NCBI GenBank assembly: GCA_963808235.1
Contig: CAWEEQ010000004.1
Location: 3,392,001 to 3,456,000, forward strand
DNA length: 64,000 bases
Source of the DNA: an uncultured delta proteobacterium
GTDB taxonomy: Bacteria; Desulfobacterota; Binatia; Binatales; Binataceae
Direction: 5' to 3'
The notes under the pieces are model-generated. The model ran no database searches. It saw only the letters and a program-made list of their open reading frames with translations, and had not been told where the DNA came from. Position 1 is the first letter of the stretch, and each line of letters opens with the position of its first letter. This document shows positions 30,302-39,681 of this stretch, one piece after another. The position numbers were made by a program, and so were the translations under genes.

Positions 30302-31111
30302 ATGGCCGAAAATGCAATCACAACCAGAATCGAGGGTGAGCTCGGGTATCTCGTGCTCAATCGCCCCGAGAAGCGCAACGCGATCAACCAACAAATGCTC
30401 CGTGCGATTCCCGAGGCGCTCGACGAGCTCGACCGGCCCGAAGTGCGCGCGATCATCCTTTATGGCGAGGGCCAGGCGTTCTCGGCCGGCATCGACTTCA
30501 CCTCGCTCTCCAACGACAGCGGCGCGCGCGGCGGCGAAGGTGGCGGCCCCGACATGCAGCGCTTCCGGCGCTTCGTCGCGGAGTCGCAAGCCTCGCTCAA
30601 CCGGCTCGAGAGTATCGAGAAGCCGGTCATCGGCGCGCTGCATGGTTTCGTCGGAGGACTCGGACTCGAGCTTGCGCTCGCTTGCGATGCGCGCATCGCG
30701 GCGTCGGGCGCGCGCCTCGGGATGCCCGAAGTGCGCATCGGTCTGGTGCCCGACGTCGGAGGCACCACCCGCCTGACGCGCACGGTCGGCTACGCATTCG
30801 CCAAGGAACTGATCATGACCGCGCGGATGATCGACGCTCAGGCGGCCGAAAAGATCGGGCTGGTCAATCGCGTGGTCGCCGAGGGTACGCATCTGGCGGC
30901 CGCAGAAGAGCTGGCGCGCGAGATGGCTCGTAACGCGCCGCTCGCAGTCGGACTCGCGAAACGGATTATCGACAAAGGTCACGGGCTCGACAAGATGACT
31001 TTCCAGGAGCTCGAGATGCTGGCGCAGAGCTCGCTGATAACCACCGAGGATTTCCGCGAAGGCGCGACGGCGCTGGCGCAGCGGCGCGATCCGCACTTCA
31101 AGGGGCGCTGA
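30302..31111 (+). CDS. Enoyl-CoA hydratase/isomerase family protein
   Basis: NRPEKRNAI, FSAGID, GLGLELALACD, MPEVRIGLVPD. Confidence 0.93.
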   Translation: MAENAITTRIEGELGYLVLNRPEKRNAINQQMLRAIPEALDELDRPEVRAIILYGEGQAFSAGIDFTSLSNDSGARGGEGGGPDMQRFRRFVAESQASLNRLESIEKPVIGALHGFVGGLGLELALACDARIAASGARLGMPEVRIGLVPDVGGTTRLTRTVGYAFAKELIMTARMIDAQAAEKIGLVNRVVAEGTHLAAAEELAREMARNAPLAVGLAKRIIDKGHGLDKMTFQELEMLAQSSLITTEDFREGATALAQRRDPHFKGR

Positions 31112-32030
31112 GACGAATTTCGAAGCCCACCTCGAAGGTCTCGCCGGGCGCGAGCTCACGCGCGCCGGAATCGATTCCGCGCGCGGACAGATTGAAGGCG
31201 TCAGGCGCGCAGGTGTACGGCTCGATCGCGACGACCGGATTGCCCGCGGGAGCAAAGAGAACGAAATCTCCGAACGCCGGATCGGCGCACACCTCGACTG
31301 CGACCTTGAGCGATGGATCCGCCATCCGCGCACGCGGCGCCGACGCCTCTGTCGCCGGCCTCATCCGAAATGCGTCGTCGTAGGTCTCCGCGCCAAGCGG
31401 GCGCGCGATGCGAAGATCGTACTTGCCGTCGAGCGCGACGGGCGGCCCGGACGGAATTAAGCGCGCGTCCAGCGGCCATCGCCCGACGGCGTCGAGTTGC
31501 AAGCTGAGCGCCTCGCGACTTCCGCTCGAGGAGAGCGGCGCGTGAAAGTAGGGATGCGCGCCGAATCCAAATGGCATCGTCGAAATTCCCGAGTTGCTAA
31601 TCCGGGCGCGCAGTCGGAGCCCATTACCTACTTCGTAGTTTATTTCCAGAATGAACGGCCACGGCCATATCGATTTGAGATCGGGATGCTCCGATGAATC
31701 CAGTATGGCGCTGACATAGTATGGCCCTCGCTGCGCGACGCGAAATGGACGCTCGCATGCGAAGCCGTGAATGGCATGTCCCCGCGAAGGATCATTCACC
31801 GGAAGTGAGTATTCGCGGCCTTTGAAAGTGAAGCGCGCGTCAGCGATTCGACTCGGCCATGGAAACAGAATCGGGACGCCGCCGCGATGCGGATGCGCGC
31901 GCCACGAGTCGGGACTCGTCGGTCCGGCGATGACATCGAGCCCGCCGACGCTATAGCTGAGGCATTGGCATCCTGCCTCGGGTACGATGACCGCGCGTTC
32001 GCTATCCGCTTCCAGGGTAATGAGGTCCAC
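31098..32030 (-). CDS. Aldose 1-epimerase family protein
   Basis: PILFPWPSRI, HAIHG, GAHPYF, YDDAF, AIEPYTC. Confidence 0.88.
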   Translation of the reverse strand: MDLITLEADSERAVIVPEAGCQCLSYSVGGLDVIAGPTSPDSWRAHPHRGGVPILFPWPSRIADARFTFKGREYSLPVNDPSRGHAIHGFACERPFRVAQRGPYYVSAILDSSEHPDLKSIWPWPFILEINYEVGNGLRLRARISNSGISTMPFGFGAHPYFHAPLSSSGSREALSLQLDAVGRWPLDARLIPSGPPVALDGKYDLRIARPLGAETYDDAFRMRPATEASAPRARMADPSLKVAVEVCADPAFGDFVLFAPAGNPVVAIEPYTCAPDAFNLSARGIDSGARELAPGETFEVGFEIRLSAP

Positions 32031-32087
32031 GACGATTATTCGAACGATGAGAACTCAATACGAAGCTATGCGATGCACTCTGCCACT

Positions 32088-33362
32088 TTAGGGGCGTGGA
32101 ACGGAAGTACTTCCGGCTTCTGTTTTTTCACTCTTGTCGAAGTTGTGGATTGCCGACGTGATCATTGTCAACACAGTTTCGGAGGAAAAGCCGGCCACGA
32201 AAGCGAGCGGAATAGAGGTAGTTGGGCCGGCCGGAGTTAGTAAGATGTAGCCTGCGATCGCAAGAAAGGGTGCTGAGAGAAACTGCAGAATCTGTAAAAC
32301 CAGATGTTCTCGCATCTCGGAGGCCGCAAACGGTTTGCTATTGTCGAGGAATTGCTTTTGATATTGAGGCACTCTGCGCGTGAGGCTGATCGATGCTCCT
32401 ACTAAAGCGACTATGATGAAGTAGAGGGGGACGGTAATGCCACCGTGTATGACTGTATTGGGAAAATTCCAATAGCTCGAAGTTAGATTGATATCGGGGG
32501 TCCACGGTGGTGCGACGTATAGGTCGGACGAGCTTGGTGGCTGACCCTGCACAGGTGCGCTGGTAGCTGCTGGCTTGATTGATTGCTGTGGGTCCGATGA
32601 CGCGGTCGCACTTGTCTTAGCGCCGCCTGAAAGCCCTGACTGCGCTGGAGCTCCTGGTTTATCCGGCCGCCCATCCTTGGGAGCGGCTATCGAAGGGCTT
32701 ATAGGTGTCGTGACCTGAGCCGTTGGCGCCGCGGCTAGAGTCCCGCCGCCACCACCTGCGATGAGCACCAACCCTCCGATACTTATCAACCACTCGTCCA
32801 TATACGGATCGCGGGGTTGGCAGACGACCTCCCAATGTGAGTCCTCTGGTCTATCGTCATGCACGCAACCTACAACCAATGCTACAGGACTATCGGGCAT
32901 ATAATTGTAGACTGAGGAGACAACGCCCTGCGGGAGCATCATGAGAAATATGAACGGAGAAACTGCAACCCCCAGCGTCAGCAACATGAAGACGTAGCAG
33001 AAAACTATCATCTGACGAACTTTTAATTTCGTCTCCGAATCCGGGGGATTCGCTGGATTGAGATCCACCGTAAACACTCTCACGAACCACGCGAACATGA
33101 CCGCAGCTAGAATGAGCACCACGAGCAACACCAGGGTCGGAAGGTGTAATGAAAAGAATGAGGCGACAGTACTATTTCCGCCGGTGGGTAAGAAACTAAG
33201 CGTTTCCCCGGCGGGAGAAGACGACGCTTGCGGAGTTGGGTCCGCGGCTAAGGTAATCGAGGGACACAGAACTAGAGTGAGCAGGATCGCAACCCAACGC
33301 CCCCGGGAGCTGAAGCGACTTCCGAACCATTCCGCGAGACCGCGCTCCCACAGCCAGTTCAT
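32088..33362 (-). CDS. Hypothetical multi-pass membrane protein with Pro/Ser/Ala-rich extracytoplasmic linker
   Basis: 424-aa ORF with about six hydrophobic helices; ATGA-coupled to the upstream gene; atypical codon usage. Confidence 0.7.
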   Translation of the reverse strand: MNWLWERGLAEWFGSRFSSRGRWVAILLTLVLCPSITLAADPTPQASSSPAGETLSFLPTGGNSTVASFFSLHLPTLVLLVVLILAAVMFAWFVRVFTVDLNPANPPDSETKLKVRQMIVFCYVFMLLTLGVAVSPFIFLMMLPQGVVSSVYNYMPDSPVALVVGCVHDDRPEDSHWEVVCQPRDPYMDEWLISIGGLVLIAGGGGGTLAAAPTAQVTTPISPSIAAPKDGRPDKPGAPAQSGLSGGAKTSATASSDPQQSIKPAATSAPVQGQPPSSSDLYVAPPWTPDINLTSSYWNFPNTVIHGGITVPLYFIIVALVGASISLTRRVPQYQKQFLDNSKPFAASEMREHLVLQILQFLSAPFLAIAGYILLTPAGPTTSIPLAFVAGFSSETVLTMITSAIHNFDKSEKTEAGSTSVPRP

Positions 33363-33787
33363 CTAGCTACTCCAAAGTAGGTTCCATACGGAGAGTAGCA
33401 AGTGCATGAGCTGCCCACGGCTATGACGACTGTCGTCGGTAGAGCACATTGTCCCGCGGATGTGACACACATTGTAGCTCTTGGAGGCGCGGACGGTAGA
33501 TACTGATAAACGGGCGGCGCGTATTGTGGCGGGCGGTATGGATAGTACGGTGGAGGATACTGAACCTGTACTACCTGCTCCGATGCGTCCCGATCTTGAG
33601 TTGCCGTTGAATTACACCCAGGACGGTTGCCGGCCGAGTCCGGTGTCGTTTGCCGACTTTGTTGAAGACTCATGCGCGCAGACGCGCTGACCATATTGTA
33701 TCCTTCGATAGAACTCGCAGCTGCCGATAGGGTAACTGCGAAAAGGATTGCTCTGGCGAGAATGGCGCGTCGCTGATGGCGGTCCAT
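33359..33787 (-). CDS. Hypothetical secreted protein with Pro/Tyr-rich linker and C-terminal four-Cys mini-domain
   Basis: Signal-like N-terminus; CVTSAGQC-x13-CTC. Confidence 0.65.
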   Translation of the reverse strand: MDRHQRRAILARAILFAVTLSAAASSIEGYNMVSASARMSLQQSRQTTPDSAGNRPGCNSTATQDRDASEQVVQVQYPPPYYPYRPPQYAPPVYQYLPSAPPRATMCVTSAGQCALPTTVVIAVGSSCTCYSPYGTYFGVAR

Positions 33788-34168
33788 CTTTAACCCCTAT
33801 TTCGAGCCGACTGGGCTGACAGCCTCCTGTACCAGAGCACGGAACCCACAGTTAGTTTCCAAGTGCTAACACTGCTCCGCGGTTTTGCTGACGAGTGCCC
33901 CTCCCTTGAGACAGTGGAAGCCAATTAGAAGAGCGCCAGTCTTAAGTCAAGTCGTGAAATTGGATGGCGAGCGGAGAAGTAACTTTTTGTCGACTGAAAC
34001 AGTCGCTATGGTCAAAACTATTGCTTACGAGTCGAAGAAGCGGACAAGAATCTATGTGGCTCTTCTCCGCGCCGATTTGCAGAGTAATCGTATCGACGGT
34101 GATTGTTCCGAAGCTAGTCGTTGCGCGGTCCGGGAATCGCCACGACTTGAAACGCCGCGCGCGTGTGC

Positions 34169-35365
34169 CTAGAAGAAATCCATCGTCGGGAAGCCCGATT
34201 GCTTAGTTATGCAATTCCACAGATACACTGCGAAACCCAGGTCGCCGGTCCAGAGCGTGTACCACCCCTGGCCGTACTGCGCTTTCATCAGATGATACTG
34301 CTCGATACCGTGCATCGCGAATGCGCGCGCGCGTTGCAGCCATTTCAGGTCGCCAGTCCGCTGATAGAGCTTCAGAAACAGCAAGCCGTTGCCGCCGGTG
34401 CCATGGCATAAGTTCGGTCCCTTGGTCAGCGGACCCGCTGCGAAGGTGAGTTTGCCGCCGGCCACGAAGAGCGATTCCATCGCGGGGCTGCGATCCTTCG
34501 GAAATGCCGCGAGCGCGCCCAAGGTCCCCGGCGCTCCATGACACCATTGAACCAACCACGGTGGAGGCGCGTCCGGCGCTTCGGCCCGCGAATACCAGTT
34601 GGCGTATTCGCCCTCGACGTGCGCCGTGTTCTCGATAACCCGCGCGACACGATCGTACAGTTCTGTCTGACGATCCTCGGTAAGCATCGAGGCAGCGCGC
34701 ATCATCACGGATGCGTTCGCGGAGAAGCCGTGCACTGGGCCGAGAAAGATGCGCGGCTCGGGCCGGTAGAGGCGTTGTCTCCACAGATGACAGTCGAACT
34801 CCTGCCGATACTTCCATCGTGACCACAATTCTTCGACCTTTCTCAGGAAGGCGTCGCGCCAACGTACCTCGCCGCTATCGTTCCACATGAACGACGCGGC
34901 CAGCGCACTGCCGGGCGCGCCCCACATCAATTCTTCAGTCGGCTGCTCGGCATTGTTTTCGATCAGCTCGAACAGGCGATCGGCGACCTTGGGCGCGCGG
35001 GTAAATCGCCAGCGGACAAGTAAGATGCCGACTTCGCCCATCAGCAGCGATCCGGAATATATCCGCGGATCTTCTTCGGCCAGAAACTTCGAATGCACCC
35101 CGGCTATCGCGTCGGCGCAATCGAATCGTGACGGGACTGCACCGCACTCCGCGAGGTATCCGAGCGCCCAAATCGCGCCGGCCGCGCCGAACCATAATCC
35201 TTTCAGAACTCCCTTCGCATCCTCGCGCGGATGAGCAGGCCAGAATTGGGTGGGATCGAAATGTGTTTGCGTATCGGCGACGATTGCGGCGATCGCGTCG
35301 CGAGCGGCGCCTTCGTCCCACGCGGTTCGAGAGAGGGATTCATGCCGCTCGGGATAGTAAAGCAC
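34169..35365 (-). CDS. Stand-alone LanC-like (lanthionine synthetase C family) protein
   Basis: GxxG repeats, GPVHG, QWCHGAPG, NLCHGTGG Zn-ligand motifs. Confidence 0.9.
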   Translation of the reverse strand: MLYYPERHESLSRTAWDEGAARDAIAAIVADTQTHFDPTQFWPAHPREDAKGVLKGLWFGAAGAIWALGYLAECGAVPSRFDCADAIAGVHSKFLAEEDPRIYSGSLLMGEVGILLVRWRFTRAPKVADRLFELIENNAEQPTEELMWGAPGSALAASFMWNDSGEVRWRDAFLRKVEELWSRWKYRQEFDCHLWRQRLYRPEPRIFLGPVHGFSANASVMMRAASMLTEDRQTELYDRVARVIENTAHVEGEYANWYSRAEAPDAPPPWLVQWCHGAPGTLGALAAFPKDRSPAMESLFVAGGKLTFAAGPLTKGPNLCHGTGGNGLLFLKLYQRTGDLKWLQRARAFAMHGIEQYHLMKAQYGQGWYTLWTGDLGFAVYLWNCITKQSGFPTMDFF

Positions 35366-35442
35366 CGAGGCCTCAGGCGGCCGATGCGGAATCGGCGCGC
35401 ATCACAGTAAGCAATGAAGATTATGCCGAAGCGAAAGATCAG

Positions 35443-35751
35443 CTAGCGATCGCGTCCACCGCGGCGCTCGCCACCGCCGCCCCCGCCACCGCCGGCGCCG
35501 CCGCTTCGCGCTTGCGCTTCGTTGACCCGAATCGGCCGGCCCTTGATGTCTCTGCCGTTCAGGCTCTTGATCGCGCTTTCCGCCGCATCATCGGTTGCCA
35601 TCTCGACAAAGCCGAACCCTCGCGAGCGGTTAGTCGCGCGGTCGATGATGACTTGCGAGCTGTCCACCTTTCCTGCTTCTGAAAATACGTCGAGCAGATC
35701 CTGATCGGTTACAGTCCAAGCCAGATTCCCAACATACAGTCTGCGACCCAT
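35443..35751 (-). CDS. RRM RNA-binding protein with Gly-rich tail
   Basis: RNP2 LYVGNL, RNP1 RGFGFVEM, VNEA. Confidence 0.95.
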   Translation of the reverse strand: MGRRLYVGNLAWTVTDQDLLDVFSEAGKVDSSQVIIDRATNRSRGFGFVEMATDDAAESAIKSLNGRDIKGRPIRVNEAQARSGGAGGGGGGGGERRGGRDR

Positions 35752-36470
35752 TACCCCTCTCTCCTCGCGCGCGGTCGGCGAACCCCCATATGCACTCAGT
35801 CCGTGCCTATAGGCAGTCGAATGCCTAATTTGCGGTACGGACAATCTGGCGGTGAGGCAATCTCTTGAGCGCGCATCTGTTCCAAATTCCGGAATGCTTA
35901 TAGCATCGTGCCACGCGCAAACATAGCGCCTCCCTCCGTTGCGAGGCGCATTTGCCAAGCCTCTGAGTTATCGGAGGACAGGGCAGGTCGAGCGCTCAAC
36001 ATAATGAATGCCCATTGATGCCATTGAGTGCATAATGATTTCTAGTTGTTTTTTGAACCATTTTATCGCCCGTGTCGATTTTGCGGCGGCCATCCGCGGT
36101 CTTTGACAGCGACCTGCGGAGGCCGGGCGTACGATCACTTTCGGATAGCGGGCGACAGTGGTTCAACTCGGTGTGACAATGGCAAAACGATCCCGCAATC
36201 CATCCGAAGAACCGAAAGCAGAATCAAGATAGCCATTATAATAGTCAGTCGGAGGCCGACAGAGGCAATTGCGCGATGTCGTCCGATTGTCGGATTGCAT
36301 TCGCACATGGCGATTAGCTAGTGGCGCAGAGTTAAAGAGATATGCACATCACGGCGGCTATATCCAATTGGCTATGTGGATATTGCGAGGAAACGTTCGA
36401 TCTTGTGGAGTTGGATTTGATTGTGTACTGTGGATGAGTACTGATTCGACTACTCGAAGGAGATTGCTAA

Positions 36471-36854
36471 ATGCCACGTAAGAGCGCGTCGGGCGCAGCT
36501 ACATCCGCATTTCAACAGGTTCAGCGGCAAGCCCGGAAGCTGTTGGTGAACCTTCGCAAGACGATCCGCACCAAGGAGTTGGAATTGAGCCGGCTCAAGC
36601 AGGAGGAAGCGCGCCTGGGGCATCTGATCGGACGATCGAACGGAGGAATCACTCGAGACACGGGGGTGATGCGTGGCCGAGTCAACTGGCGCAGTGTGCT
36701 TTCCGCGCTGCCCAAGCAGTTTAAAGCCTCGGACGTGAGAAACGTACGCGGATTGAAGCAGAAGCGCCCGTCAGAGATTTTCGCGGCGATCACTCGATGG
36801 ATCGATGCCGGAAACGCAAAGCGAAAAGCGCGCGGAGTGTACGAACGAGTCTAA
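36471..36854 (+). CDS. Small basic hypothetical protein (coiled coil plus putative winged helix)
   Basis: RBS AAGGAG; own terminator; K/R-rich; C-terminal RGVYE wing-like motif. Confidence 0.7.
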   Translation: MPRKSASGAATSAFQQVQRQARKLLVNLRKTIRTKELELSRLKQEEARLGHLIGRSNGGITRDTGVMRGRVNWRSVLSALPKQFKASDVRNVRGLKQKRPSEIFAAITRWIDAGNAKRKARGVYERV

Positions 36855-36906
36855 CCGCAAGCCGGGCAACCCAAGCGGAGCCAGGCAAACGTGGGTGTTG
36901 ATACGA

Positions 36907-36942
36907 CGGCGCAACGAATCTCCGTTGCGCCGCTTTCTTTTT
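36907..36942 (+). terminator. Rho-independent terminator
   Basis: Stem CGGCGCAACG/CGTTGCGCCG followed by CTTTCTTTTT. Confidence 0.8.
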
Positions 36943-37061
36943 CAACCTGATGCCGGTGCGTATGCCGCGGTGTGAGTAGTCGTTTCGTTAATGCTCACTA
37001 GGGACTCGCGCAGTCTTGCTATAAGCTCCGCAATATAACTGGCACGAAGAGAAGCAGACCG

Positions 37062-38177
37062 ATGGCTGTAAAGACGATTGAATGGCGGGCGGACACGGTC
37101 CGTATGATCGACCAGCGCCTGCTGCCGGCGCGCGAGGTGATCCGGACCTATCGCGACTACCGCGGTGTCGCCGATGCGATCCGAACGATGGTCATTCGCG
37201 GCGCGCCGGCGATCGGCGTGGCCGCGGCGATGGGTGTCGCGCTCGGAATCAAAGGCACGGCCGGAGCGCGCGCAAGAAAGCGATTCGAAACGGTCGCAAA
37301 AGTGCTCCGGGCCACGCGGCCGACCGCAGTGAACTTGACATGGGCTATAGATCGGATGGGCGCGGTGCTCGAGAAAGCCCTTTCAGCCGATCTCAATTTA
37401 AACGCCGACGATCTCTTTCGCCGGATGCGTGCGGAGGCGATCTCGATCTACGAGGAGGACCTCGCCGCGAATCGTGCGCTCGGGCAATTCGGCGCCAGCC
37501 TGATCGGTGATCCAGCCACCGTGCTGACTCATTGCAACGCCGGCGCACTCGCGACCGCCGGTTACGGCACTGCGCTCGGTGTAGTACGCGCAGCGCGAGA
37601 CTCCGGCAAAACGATCAGCGTCTTCGCCGACGAGACGCGGCCATTCTTGCAGGGCTCGCGGCTGACGGCCTGGGAACTCCACAAAGACCGCATACCGGTC
37701 ACGGTGATCGCCGACAACATGGCGGCGACAGTGCTCGCACAGAAGAAGATCGACTGCGTCGTGGTAGGTACCGATCGCACCGCGGCCAACGGCGATGTCG
37801 CAAATAAGATCGGAACCTACCCGCTCGCGGTGATGGCGCGGCGGCACGGCGTGCCGTTCTACGTCGCAGCTCCGCTTTCATCGATCGATCTGAATTGCCC
37901 CGATGGTGCGTCGATCCCGATCGAGGAGCGTTCGGGGCGCGAGCTTACCGAATATGGTGGCAAGCAGATCGCGCCGAAGGGCGTACGCACGTTTAACCCT
38001 GCGTTCGACGTAACGCCAGCCGAGTTGGTGACCGCCATAATCACCGAGCGGGGCGTCGCGTATCCGCCGTATGCGGAGAGCCTGCGCGCGCTGAAGGCTC
38101 TGGAAGCGGCCGACGACACACGGACGAAGACAGCGCCCTCTGACGAGGCCGGCGGCGCTCGCTACTCGTCGAAGTGA
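37062..38177 (+). CDS. mtnA: S-methyl-5-thioribose-1-phosphate isomerase
   Basis: IDQRLLP, IRGAPAIG, RPTAVNL, THCNAGALAT, DETRPFLQGSRLT, ANKIGTY, NPAFDVTP. Confidence 0.95.
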   Translation: MAVKTIEWRADTVRMIDQRLLPAREVIRTYRDYRGVADAIRTMVIRGAPAIGVAAAMGVALGIKGTAGARARKRFETVAKVLRATRPTAVNLTWAIDRMGAVLEKALSADLNLNADDLFRRMRAEAISIYEEDLAANRALGQFGASLIGDPATVLTHCNAGALATAGYGTALGVVRAARDSGKTISVFADETRPFLQGSRLTAWELHKDRIPVTVIADNMAATVLAQKKIDCVVVGTDRTAANGDVANKIGTYPLAVMARRHGVPFYVAAPLSSIDLNCPDGASIPIEERSGRELTEYGGKQIAPKGVRTFNPAFDVTPAELVTAIITERGVAYPPYAESLRALKALEAADDTRTKTAPSDEAGGARYSSK

Positions 38178-39181
38178 TCTAGATACTCGGACAGCCCGTA
38201 GCCGATTTTTCCGTCCCAGTTCCACTCGGTCATACCTTCGGCGATTCGCGTGACCATCCCGGCTCTTCGATTGCGCAGCGGTATCATCGCGATCACCTTG
38301 CCCGATATCACGATCGGCGCGCCGCCTTCGGCGGTCTGACAGGTCACTTTGATCTTGTCATGTAACTGCTGCTCACCGATGAACTCAGTCTGGACGTCCA
38401 CCTTGATAATGTGCTGAAAAGGCTGACCTTTGCGGGCGATGAATCCGCCGGGACGCTCGCTGCCGTCGCGATTCACCGTGATCGTCGCCATCGCGCCGAG
38501 GCTGTCGTCGAAGTTCATCGTGAGCCATCGATAGTACTTCGGCGCCTGCCAGTAACGCGGCCCCCAGCTATGATCGCGCAATCCGAGCGCATCGATCTTG
38601 AACTCCCGATCTCTGCCGTCCGCCGATAGCACAAGTTTCCCGGTCGCGTGGCCGAGCTGTTCCAGGTGTCCCTTGGCAAACTGGGCTTCGGGATCGCCCG
38701 AAGGTTCGGGCGAGACCCAATCGCTGCCCCGCTTTTCGCGCTGTTCGCCGCCCCATCCAGGCGACACCGCGGAATAGTCAATTTCGAGCTTGGCTCGCGA
38801 GTAGGGATTGTTCTTGAATGCCTTCGCGGGATCGGCCATCTCGAGCGGGTTCTTCAATACGCAGACTTTACCGTTGTAGCTGACGCGATGCTGCTCGAAC
38901 GGCTTGACCACCTCGAACCTGGCGCCGCCGGCGTCGTGAGCGTCGTTGTTCGTGATCTCGGGACGCTGAAACATAAAGCCGATGGTGCCGTCGGGCAGGT
39001 ACAGGCACACGGTCATTTCGGCATATCCTTCGTTGGCGCGATTACCTAGTCGGATAAAGCCGCCGAGTCGTTGTTTCCTATCGAAGAAGTTATAGTATGC
39101 ACTCTCGTTGAAATTGGACTCGCCGGTATTGGGATGCATCAGATCATCCCGTTCAAGCAGTACCACTTTGCGTTCTGCCAT
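38162..39181 (-). CDS. Conserved hypothetical beta-rich protein (lipocalin/AttH-like)
   Basis: NESAYYNF, GHLEQ, GLRDHSWGPRYW, GYGLSEY motifs. Confidence 0.7.
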   Translation of the reverse strand: MAERKVVLLERDDLMHPNTGESNFNESAYYNFFDRKQRLGGFIRLGNRANEGYAEMTVCLYLPDGTIGFMFQRPEITNNDAHDAGGARFEVVKPFEQHRVSYNGKVCVLKNPLEMADPAKAFKNNPYSRAKLEIDYSAVSPGWGGEQREKRGSDWVSPEPSGDPEAQFAKGHLEQLGHATGKLVLSADGRDREFKIDALGLRDHSWGPRYWQAPKYYRWLTMNFDDSLGAMATITVNRDGSERPGGFIARKGQPFQHIIKVDVQTEFIGEQQLHDKIKVTCQTAEGGAPIVISGKVIAMIPLRNRRAGMVTRIAEGMTEWNWDGKIGYGLSEYLDHFDE

Positions 39182-39228
39182 TAGTCAAATCTCCTATCTT
39201 GTACAATGCAGGTGGTCTACGGCCACTA

Positions 39229-39648
39229 CTAAGTCGAGGTCTTGCGCATGGCGACGTCTCTCTCGAGGTAGCGCGGGTTTGCGATTCTGAGTTTATTTTC
39301 AACGCTCTGCCTGACCACACTTAGGACTTCCGCCCGCCGCGCCGACTCGTCCGCCTCTCCAGCGCGAATGCGCGCGCTGAGTTCCTCGGCCATGGTTGTG
39401 GACGCCTTGCGCAAATCGTCGAGGCTATGGAGGTGAGGCGCGTCGCGCCCGAGCAGGCGGGCAAAGGCCTTAACCTCGGTCCGGACTGCCGAATCTTCCA
39501 TCTGGATCTCGCGGGCAACGATGCGCATGACGTTTGCCACCACGCGCGCCTGGAACTGGCGTGCCCCTTCGATGGCCGGCACGATTTCGCGGTCGACGAA
39601 ATCCGCCGCCGCTTCGAGTAACTCAACCGAAGTTGGCCGATCCTGCAT
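39229..39648 (-). CDS. DUF6285/LvaB-like small helical protein
   Basis: MQDRPT..ELLEA, FQARV.AN, KL.IANPRYL; directly after an APH kinase. Confidence 0.75.
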   Translation of the reverse strand: MQDRPTSVELLEAAADFVDREIVPAIEGARQFQARVVANVMRIVAREIQMEDSAVRTEVKAFARLLGRDAPHLHSLDDLRKASTTMAEELSARIRAGEADESARRAEVLSVVRQSVENKLRIANPRYLERDVAMRKTST

Positions 39649-39681
39649 ATTCAGTTTTTCCTATTTCTCATTAGCCAGTAG

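Noticed and set aside
33885-34206. Short plus-strand ORFs between the islet and the LanC-like gene as RiPP precursors
   Set aside because: They are on the opposite strand, lack a clear RBS or leader/core pattern, and overlap the LanC-like stop.
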